A stretch of 63,626 bases of DNA, filler included, from Sluysia triapertura (lineage: Eukaryota), in assembly GCA_046118255.1 (NCBI GenBank). It is 4 parts of 4 records of this genome, joined end to end, with 100 filler letters (N's around TTAATTAATTAA, not from the genome) between each part and the next. Parts side by side here need not be neighbours in the genome. Positions count along the whole stretch, not along the records: positions 51,938 to 63,626 come from JBJNIA010179251.1; 3 more parts are not named here. The stretch is one strand, 5' to 3'. Below, one piece after another: positions 53,535 to 63,626 of the stretch. The number at the start of each line of letters is the position of its first letter. Position 1 is the stretch's first letter. A model generated the notes under the pieces. That model worked only from the letters and a program-made list of their open reading frames with translations. It did not search any database and had not been told where the DNA came from. A program made the position numbers and the translations under genes.

Positions 53535-53814
53535 GAACCGTATGTGAGGGTATAGTGTAAAAATGATTAAATCCGTCGAGGGTAAATAATGTAATAATAA
53601 TAAATGTAAAGCATAAGATAAATGTTATCAATGTAAACAAATATCACGACAAATCATATTTTTGTACATATAACAGATAACAACAACAACAACAATCACT
53701 TTAATATGGAGTCCAAATTTTTAATCGCTGCCATAGCTACAGACACACATGTAAGATTTTCCCTTTTTTAAATTTATCTTACAAAATGAATCAAGTATGG
53801 ATTCGCCTATAGCA

Positions 53815-54214
53815 ATAAATTTTTTCTTTAATAATACCAAATAAAGGCCACAACACGCTAATTATTTCAATATTGTAAACTGTTTACAAACTGATTTTCA
53901 AAAAAATTAATTTAATTAACTATGTTATTGAATTTCTGAAAAATAAGCATTACCAAAAATCTTGTATGTCACACGTATGCAACAGTAATAGCATAACTTA
54001 CTTTTCAAAGTTCTCGCTCCTTCGTCGCTCAAACTTCAAATGCGTTCGTTATGTTACTCCATATGTTGTATCGCTTTTAATAATTTTTAAATAAATTTTT
54101 TACAAAGTTCTTTATTGTGCAATTTTGATTTTTTCCTTTTTTTACTATTTTTTTAATTCGCAGTAAATTTGTACATTCTTATATGAAAAAAGTCGCTCAA
54201 AACCCTAGATCTGG

Positions 54215-54219
<5 letters not shown>
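53815..54219. mobile_element. Non-autonomous DNA transposon fragment with hAT-like terminus, copy 2
   Basis: Collinear with 11645-12067; followed by (AAT)n at 54220-54282. Confidence 0.7.
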
Positions 54220-54282
<63 letters not shown>

Positions 54283-56627
54283 TTCAGTTCAATTAGGGCC
54301 TAATTATTAGGCAATATGCCCTTGTTCATTTAATCGATAAATTAAATCAAATGTGAAGTGTCTACACCAGTGTCAATTCACAATTCATTTGATAGGTGTG
54401 TATAAAGTTTTGTTTGAGTATACGATGTATGCATTTGATTTTATTGGACAATAAAAGAGTGTTCGACCAAAACAAAAGGTGAAAAAATTAAAGTTATAAA
54501 AATAGAATAAAAATAAAATGGCAGACAAAGAAACTCACAAAAATAAAATACAATAAACACAGCCAGTTAAATTCAAAAGAAATTAAGTAAAGCAATAAAA
54601 AGTGGCTTTCAAAATTGTTCTTAATGGTGTTAAAGTTGTTCAAGTAGTTAAAAGGTTATGGTATGTAGTAAAACACACGAAGTAAATGAGCAACAATGAC
54701 ATTCCTATTAAATCTAAAGATTATCAAGTGAATAAAGTAGATGAAGTAAGTGCAATGCTATCAGATAAGTAATGATGATAAATGTTGCCAAATCGATAAA
54801 ACCTACGAAATAAAGGAGATATCATGAAATCTTTATAGACTCTAAAAGTTATCACTTTCACAAAACAGATAAAGTTAAGCAGCAATGCTCCGAAATTCTA
54901 AATTATGCTAAAATTATACAAGTAGACGAGCAGATGAAGGGAAAAGCATCACTATGAAATTCTTAATAAAGTTACACTTTATACATAATTATCCTTATTA
55001 TATGATCATTTACTTTTCTTACATTTTTAGTTGTATTTTTACACTTTCATATTAAAATAATTTGTGAAAAATCGTGACAATTTAATCTATATAGATCATT
55101 TATTTTTAGAATAATCATAAGCACGTAAACCAGATATGTGTATGCATAGGCATCTTTCGTTCACGAACTTTTGCATTTCGCGTACAAATCAATATTAATT
55201 GACCAATCATCTTGAAAGCAGATTTGCTTCATTTTCATTGATTTAGGCTATATGAATTCCAGAAAAAACAACACTAAACTTGCTAACATGCTAAGGATTT
55301 TAGAGCATTAACTTTGACATTTATTACGATTCTAATTGAGTAACATACTTTTAAGAACAATTTCTGGTTACATACGTGGGTCTTGAGAATTTTCCGGACC
55401 CTAGAATACAAAAAGGATGAAAATAATGAGAATTTAGGATTTATGAGCTCGCCCTACTCGTTGATATTCATGTGCTTTTATCATTGATCCAAAATAAAAA
55501 TTTTGCAGATTTCTTAAAAGTTAGTTCATATAAAATTATTTTAATAAAACCTTCATTGTTGAATTAAAGGCATTTACGGATGAAACCATCCGTCAGGTCT
55601 AGATCCAATATAATAATAATAATAAAACTAATAATATAATTAATATAACAATAAATAAATATTAATTAAATATGAACATTAATAATGATAGAAATAATGA
55701 TTTATTGATAAATTCTACATGAAAAAGCTAGAATCAAGACATTGTCGTTTTTTATGTAACGATTTTAAAAAGTATGTTAAAAAGGCTTTAAAAATCTGGA
55801 AATACGCTGTAAGGTTTAAAATTGACATGCATTGTTTTATTAACTTAATTAAAACATGTTTGGAAAAATAATTTAAAATAAGTAATGTGTTTGGAAAAAT
55901 TGTATCATGAATGAAAACCTATCATTCACGAATATATTGCAGCCAAATTAATGGATTTAACCAATAAATTACTATTTTAATTAAATCCAAAAGTTTCAAC
56001 AGAAAATTATGTATCATTGAATATTTTGATAAATTAGATATTTCATAGAGTGAAAAATTGTTGAAGCATTATTCTGAATCTGATGTTTATTTAATCAAAA
56101 ATAATAATGTTGAAGTACTACGTATTGAAAATGGTTCTTTTAGTTAAAAATTATTATAAGTACAGAAAATCATATATAAATCTAAGGAAAAATACAATAA
56201 AATATAGTATTATTAAATCATATTTTTAAATTAGAAATGTTTGTTTAGTTAAACAAATTTGTAAAATAAAAGTAATTAATCGCACTAATCATTATCTGGC
56301 GATTGATAACTTGATGTAGCTTGTCAGACTCAATTAGATTAATTTATCAAATGGCTTTCGGCCTAAGTGAACTCAAGAAGATTGAATGTTTCGATTGTGA
56401 TTAGCTTATCTGTATCAAATTAATGGAAAAAACTCTAATTAAACAACCTATTTTAAGCGAGTAGATGTCGTTAATAATTTTAATGATTTTAATTCTTGTT
56501 TATCTTTCAATGTAACGACATTGTGCAGTAAGTATTTATTAGATTTACTTTTCTCATTGATTGAAAGAGTAATTTTATTATAACAATTATATAATATACT
56601 TCCATGAAACCAGCTATCGCTTGACCA

Positions 56628-57008
56628 TTAAAAATTTTCCCCATATATTTTCATTGCTCTTTTAGCTGCTCTTTCAAAATGATCTGCTGACAATAATCTT
56701 TCATAGTTTTTGTCTCCTATGGAAGTTTCTACTATTTCAGTTAAAATCCTCTTATGAGTTTGTGAAAACAATAAATATTTTCTAGCATGGCGTTCTTTAT
56801 CAATTAGTCCACTTTTTATTAAATCTTGAATTCGATCAAAATGTATATTATTTTGTAGGTTTGTAATTTCTAGGTTTCTTTGTGGTGGCATTGGTGTCGC
56901 CTTGGGGATACAACCCAAGTTGTACCTGACAATTTGTGTGCTAGAGAAATAAATGTGAGCATTTAATTTTAATATATCTGGTAATAGCAATCTCGTAATC
57001 GGTTTCAT
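56628..57008 (-). CDS. Unknown ORF, probably part of a longer decayed or spliced coding region
   Basis: 126-aa ORF with protein-like composition; no recognised motif. Confidence 0.4.
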   Translation of the reverse strand: MKPITRLLLPDILKLNAHIYFSSTQIVRYNLGCIPKATPMPPQRNLEITNLQNNIHFDRIQDLIKSGLIDKERHARKYLLFSQTHKRILTEIVETSIGDKNYERLLSADHFERAAKRAMKIYGENF

Positions 57009-58532
57009 ATAAATAACTCTATTTTTATAAATAACTGGTAATTCATGAATACATTCATTAGTATGATTAATATAAATGCTGTGGTTTTTCTAACTCTTAA
57101 CCTAAGGCAAAATATTTTTTGAGTAGGGTTCGGTTATAGTAAATGTCTTATCTCGTGAAGAGGGCGTTCCTGCAACTAAGCTAATAGTTTATCCAAATGT
57201 TATGTGGATGTAGTATTAACAAGTGCTCAAAAGTAACAAAAAAACTTTAATAATCTATGCTTAAAAATTCATTATTAATTAAATAATACAAAAAACGTGG
57301 ATTTTATAAAATATATAATCGTGCCAATAATATTAGTAAGACAAAAGAGTAAATATAAAAAGATTATTATTTTATGGATTAAAGCTCCGAGAGCGTTTAA
57401 TCTAATAATCAAATAATTTATACGTTGATATTACCCTTCAATATATCAGGGACTTAAAAAAGATTTATAAAATATTATAAAATTTACATGTATTTTATAA
57501 TTTCAACTTCTAAAGTTGAAATTGACCCTACAAATATATAAATTACCAATTAATGGATAGCTATTTTCCAAATTGGTGAATGATTGCAAATTGTGAGATC
57601 TTACTAAAATTTCACAATTCCTCGAATAAAGGCGCTGCAAAAATGAATCGACTGATTTTTCAAAATGGCGATGATAAATGGCAATTTTCGTTAAACTGAT
57701 GCTACTTTATATACTAGTCATCAGCCAATGAAAATCGATGGAATGTTCTAGAACACTAACGGAATAACTGGAGTAGCCGTACTCGGATTAGTTACTATTA
57801 ATGCCATTTTTGTAAGCAATATTTCACGATTTAATTTGCAGTCATTTATGATCATTTCTCTATACACTAGCAGGTATCACTTAGAAGTTAATTTTAAGAA
57901 GTCCCATATCAGTGAAATTCAGTCAAGATTTTACTAAAACGAAGTTACTGAAAATAAATGCTCGTTCATTTTTTAATTAATCATGAGTGAAATTCTTTAC
58001 CATTAAGCTATCAATGATTATTTTAACTTACACGTTGACAAGTATAAATTCAATTCCAACAATAATAAAGTTATCGTGAATCATAACAGTGACTTTCTTC
58101 TTATAAGTTTCTCAAGTTAAGTAAATGAAAATGTTCTATCTTCCAGAAAATCGATTAGGTCAATATCAATTCATCACCTGTAATATGTAATATGTGGATC
58201 ATACTTCTTGAACACTTAATACCTTCCTATAACTTCTATTTCCTTGCTCTACGAACCTTTGTCCATATTTCTTAGAAAATTTATACTCTTTTATGATTCT
58301 TGTATTATAAAAATTCTTTAAATTTTTTGTGATATTTGATAATATAAATGAGTTATTATAATTTTGTTTTTTATTGTCAAAAAAATATTAATATTGTTAT
58401 AATATTATTGTTATAAATATTGTTGCATGACATCCTAATACGCTACCAGTGTAACATAGCTATAACTATCACGTTTGTGTCAAATAATCAAAATATGAAT
58501 AAAGGCATTTTTCGTATTTTTTCGGATTTCAG

Positions 58533-58661
58533 TGGATGAAACAAAATATGAAATTGCTCAAAGATTATATGCTTTAATGCCTGATGGGTTTATATTTATT
58601 AGTGAACACGGAATTGAAGTTTTATAAACACCAAATATAATGATAAATATGAAGAATTTCT
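58533..58661 (+). CDS. Candidate isolated exon of an unidentified gene
   Basis: tttcag|..DETKYEIAQRLYALMPDGFIFISEHGIEVFINTKYNDKYEEF|gtcaat; 129 nt, open. Confidence 0.35.
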
Positions 58662-59719
58662 GTCAATTATTTTAAAATATGTTCAGTTTTATTGATTATT
58701 TGTTTTTTATTATATATATATATATATCCAATAAACACGAATTAAATTTCAAATGAATAGATTAAAGTATATATCTAATTGAAATTGCCTCTGGATTTAT
58801 ACTTAAATACTTCATTATAAAAATTCTTCTAAATATTAACTATTATATAATCATTACATTTATTACGTATCAGAGTTCCAATATAATTGTATTTCAAAGA
58901 AAAAAATTCATAACAAAATTTCTATTACATCGATAAAAATTTTATTTTAGCTATTTTTGCTAATTGTTAATGTTAACTTTATAATCATAATTATACTGAT
59001 AATTTTTTGATTGGATAATATCAAATTCGATTCTTTTATCGAATTATCTCTTGAACTGTGCCTATTGAGAGTTGAATTTTTATTTATATAATTGTTTCAT
59101 ATGAAATACATAATAATAATAATTATTATTATCATCATTATTGTGATAAAAACTTCTGTATTAAAATTAGCCTTCCGAATTTTACATTTGTCCTTTATTA
59201 ATAATTTCTCACTTTAAAATTATTCGTAAACTTTAAGCAAGTATAAGCTTTATAAACTTTTATTTTTAATTGTTTTAAAGTTATTCTCGTTTAACTCCAT
59301 AATCAATAACTATTTTGGCTATTAAATGATTTTAAAACCTTAATGAAAACAGCCGCTGTAAAGTCGTAGTTCTCTGTGATATAAGAGATAGAAGTACAAA
59401 TAAAATTTTAAATTTTTCTTTCCGTCTCAAAATAAAAGCAAGACTAAATTAACTATGATTTAGTTGAAATTTATAATAATTAATTTTTAATAGGCAATCC
59501 AATCCAAAATCACACGTAATGCTTGATTAAGTCAATTAATTAAAATGATTTAATTTTTTTATTATTATTAAAAAATATCACTGTTCGTCATTTTTGTCTC
59601 TGCCACTTTTTTAGTTAAACGAATTTTATTTGTTTTATTGACTATTGATTATTTAAATAATAACCAAAACACACTCCAATGCGCGATATTCATCCATTTT
59701 GATTTCAAAAAATTGGCTC

Positions 59720-59905
59720 ATCGATCAAATCAGAAATATACTGCAACCAAATGGGCGAAATAATGCGGAAATTTAAAAAATAGATTCACTTCTAACTTAT
59801 TACACAATAACGCTAGAGAAAGCAGTGCACAAATGACCTTGGAAACACTGCTGGAATTTGATTTGGAACTTCATCATATTCCATAATCACCAGGCCTGGT
59901 AATCA
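59720..59905 (+). mobile_element. Mariner-like transposase remnant
   Basis: IKSEIYCNQM.. and LLHNNARESSAQMTLETLLEFDLELHHIP*SPGL resemble LLHDNARPH.A..T...L....WE.L.HPPYSPDL. Confidence 0.75.
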
Positions 59906-60839
59906 GATTTCGCTACTGATTTCACAACGAAATTAATAGGATTGTGAACCAAGAATATTATTTGGTCTAAAACCATTGTGCAAAAAGTTTTGCATAAAAT
60001 TCGAGTCATTATCTCGAGTTATTACCTCGTTTTACATTAAGTTAATTTTGGATGATATTGCAGTTTTGGTTTCCTCATCCTTGATTTATTTATTTGTAAT
60101 TTTATGTTAATATTAAATATGCAATTTAATATTTATTGGTTATAACTTTTATTTCGGTTATTTAACTTCTACTTGTTAATTATGATACTGAAAATATAAA
60201 TACGATTAAATCTTATTTTGATTTTCTGAGCATTGAATTTAAAAATAACACTGTTATATGTATCTTAAAATTGAAAGTAATTAAATAATTATTAATTTAA
60301 TGCGGATACTTATCCTTACATTGTGTACAAATGAAAATATGTTTGTAAGAATAAAAAATGTTTAACAATATAATTAAGTTTTATAATTCTTGTCAATTAT
60401 TAAATGAAACATAAAATTACGTATTAAAAATATTATGTAACGATTAAAAATAATATAATTAGAAGTTATAATTATTGTCAATTATTAAAAGAAAAATTAT
60501 AAAATTATCTATTATTAAAAATAATGAATCGCTTTTTGCTATCTCATCCCCATAAAAAGAATTTCTGTTTACGAAAGTTATCAGAAAATTCAATAATATC
60601 CTTCAAAATTTTTTTTAAACCATATTCATTGATAAATGAGAACTCAAACTAAGATCTATTGTGTTCCAATAAATCCCGTTAAATAAACTCATTCCCATGT
60701 TCAAATACATTCTAGAATAAGTATATAGTATGATTTTAGTTAGATCTGGTTGAATCCTTTACGGTCTACTGATGATTCATTCAAGATTATAAATATAGTA
60801 ACAGGTTGGGTAAAGGACCCTCTTATCTCACAGCTGAGC

Positions 60840-60932
60840 ATTTCGATTCTGACCACTAAGCCATAAGTCCCGCCTAACAATTTTATTTTATTATAATCAA
60901 TTATACCATCATTATTTTAAATAGCACTTTAC
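60840..60932 (-). mobile_element. tRNA-containing repeat, degenerate copy
   Basis: ttcgattctgaccactaagccataagtcccgcctaacaattttattttatt...gcacttta aligns with the other copies. Confidence 0.6.
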
Positions 60933-61014
60933 CCAAACAAACATAAAAGAAATTTAAAAAGAACACTTACAAATGTGTCAGTAAAATAGGTCCAGCAGTA
61001 CTAATGATAAAAAA

Positions 61015-61158
61015 AGGCCTAAAGTGTCATGATGGTATATTAACTATAATAAAATAAAATTGTTAGACAGGGCTGATAACTCAGTGGTAGAGCATCGAAC
61101 TGTGCAGCTAGAGATGCCAGGTTCGATCCCCGGTCAGTCCATTTTACGAAGTCTAACA
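61015..61158 (+). mobile_element. tRNA-containing repeat (tRNA-like part 61070-61141)
   Basis: aggcctaaagtgtca...aaaattgttagacagggctgataactcagtggtagagcatcgaactgtgcagctagagatgccaggttcgatccccggtcagtccattttacgaagtctaaca. Confidence 0.85.
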
Positions 61159-63626
61159 CTGAACAGTGAATTGAAAAAGATTGTGCTCGAATTGATATAA
61201 TATTCTTTAAAGAATTTTATTAACACACAAAACATCTTGCTGCAAGAGGCTAACATTGTTTCATTTGCAATTTCAAAACAAATCAGACAACTGTTGATTT
61301 AAAATGTGCAATTTCTTGGGATAAATAAATATATGCGATAAGTATATTTACTTTATGAGGAATCTTTAAAAAAATTAATAAAAAATGAAAAAGTATTTTA
61401 AATAATAATACTGTTTAAACAAAAAATAAATAACTCAAGTGTAGAGACAATTTGTTTGAAACAGTAATTGCGCTCGATTCTAAAGTTGGCATCAGATCGA
61501 CATTTCCGACATAATATTTACTCAATCATAATCATTAATTACTTTGAGGTTTCTAATACAATTTAATAAAATATGATAATTATTTTATAATAATTTAATT
61601 TTATAGTAAATTAACAAAAATGAAATTTTAAAATAAATTAATCTTAATTAAAATAAAACTAATATATCTTAGTAAGGAAGAAATACATCAAAAATATATT
61701 TAATTTAAGGAACGTATTTGTTTATTTATTTTACTAAAACAACTTAGAATCTTGGTTTATAACATTATTTAACATTGTAAACTTTACAATAATATCACAA
61801 ATTTTTATTGCTCGAATTATATATTCAAGCTTGTTTCTTGTCCTATAAAAACGGATGTGCAAAATGATGAATACGAATTCGAATAAAGGATACTTATATA
61901 TTTATATATAATGAGATGACATTTATAAATTAGTCTCAGTATATTGATGTTGATGTTTCAAAGGAAAACTAAGTGGATTTTATTAAACATCTCATTCATA
62001 TTACTTAAAATTGTGTGAATTATGAAGTGAACTTTAATGCTATTAAGTTTTAAAATATACTCATGAAACTATTCTTGGTAAAGTAAATTAAAGTAAATTT
62101 TGATAGTTTTATGGCATAGAATTTTATTGTACGAGAGTTTGTTTTTAATTACTTCATTGTAAATTAAATTTAATTTAAGTTTCATAAGTTCTGGGATGTT
62201 AAATTTTAAATTTAAGAGGAAATCTTGATCATTATATAAGTCATCACTTAATAATTAGCTTCGGATTTCGGTTAAAATTTATTTCAGTCACAAAGTCGAG
62301 TAGTGACAATTGGAGAAATTTATTTCCATTGTTATCCCATTCTTTAATTTAATACAGACTAAACTTATTATTAGTAAGTTTAAAATTATTTTACTTTTTA
62401 TCATTAAAATAGGCGAAAATAGACTTTGAGTAGTAAATGGAGCACGATCTATCCTAATTAAGACAAAAAATAATAAACGAGATTATCAATTATAAAACAT
62501 ATTTGTTATATACAATAGTAATATGGAGTAAAATAAAAATAACATATAAAATATTTTTGTTCCTTTTTCTATCAAATCTTATTTGAAATAATAATGAATA
62601 ATTGTACATTTTTTCAGGCACCAATTATTAAATAAGTTGTTTAATGCAATTTATTTTCCTGGATTTTATATGTAAACGTAAATTAATAATTTTTAAGGTT
62701 AAGCTTTGTTAAACTTAGCTTCAAACTCCGACTTAAAATATTGTAATCATATCAAAAACCAAGTATTCCACCTGGTTTAAACATTTTTTAAATCTGAAAA
62801 TAAATATAGAAGTGAATTTCTTTATTTGTTGTTTGATTAATAAAACTTGGTATTTATTCTTTTACTCCTATGGTTTGAAGATTTAGAAAGCTTAATAACG
62901 TATAATTTAAGTACAGTTTAGTAAGTGTAATTTAAAGATAATTTACTTATAATTTAAAGTAGTTTGCTAATGCATAATTTAATGATTTAAAAAGACAATT
63001 CATTAACGAGTAACTTGAAGATTAAAAATTTAGTGTGTTGAGAGTATTAAAACGAGAGAATTTGTATCAAAAGTTTACTGAGAAAATAAAACAATTAACA
63101 GTAAAAAAGAATTATTTCTTATTGAAGTTCTTGGCCACGAGTTAGTAGTGAAACTTTCTTTTCGTAGAATCATTTTTATAAGTCAATCCTGTAATTTCGT
63201 CCTCTTCTCCATATAATTGTTTACCAACATCAATAAAGACAACTGAGCTTTCGAGGTTATAAAAGTGAATTTAAGTAGTATTTTCATCGATCTTTTAGAT
63301 TAAATACTTTAAATTTTAATGAATTGTACAATAATTTCTTAATAAGTAGAAAAATTTCCACTACATTAAGCTATATCCGTTAATATTGAATGTTCATCAT
63401 AATCCTTTAGCATGTAGTTCTAAAACAGTGAAATTTCAGCCTGACAATAACCTATTCAACACAAATATTTATGCACACTTATTAAACAGACGTATTAAAG
63501 CGATGATATTTTTGAACACTATTACCAGTAATTATTCAATTTCCATATTATAATCACCTTCGGACGTATCATAAATCTACTAACTAACCACTTTAGTTCT
63601 ATAATAATTCATATTTAAAGTTCAAC

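Overview
Very AT-rich animal (metazoan) nuclear DNA, not prokaryotic. Tiny GT-AG introns (36-38 nt in PQBP1), many (AAT)n microsatellites and recognisable animal genes suggest a compact parasite genome such as the orthonectid Intoshia; this attribution is inference only. The window is a pseudo-scaffold: three gaps carry the artificial six-frame-stop linker N..TTAATTAATTAA..N. Recognisable host genes are a complete PQBP1, two IP3-receptor-like exons, the first exon of a Kirre/nephrin-like Ig protein and one CNNM exon. Transposon debris is abundant: L2/CR1-type LINE tails, Tc1/mariner remnants, hAT and pogo-like MITEs, a Ty3/gypsy gag with a Lys PBS, and an RLE (NeSL/Utopia-like) LINE. The most striking unexplained structure is a dispersed cassette seen five times. 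It has two tandem ~60-nt inverted repeats whose arms differ between copies but stay complementary within each copy. On one side lie an AAT-rich tract and a shared strand-skewed block; on the other lies a different orphan ORF each time, always read away from the hairpins. A second oddity is a ~155-bp TGTT...AACA-bounded, solo-LTR-like repeat containing a tRNA-like Pol III cassette; one copy is interrupted by the RLE LINE.
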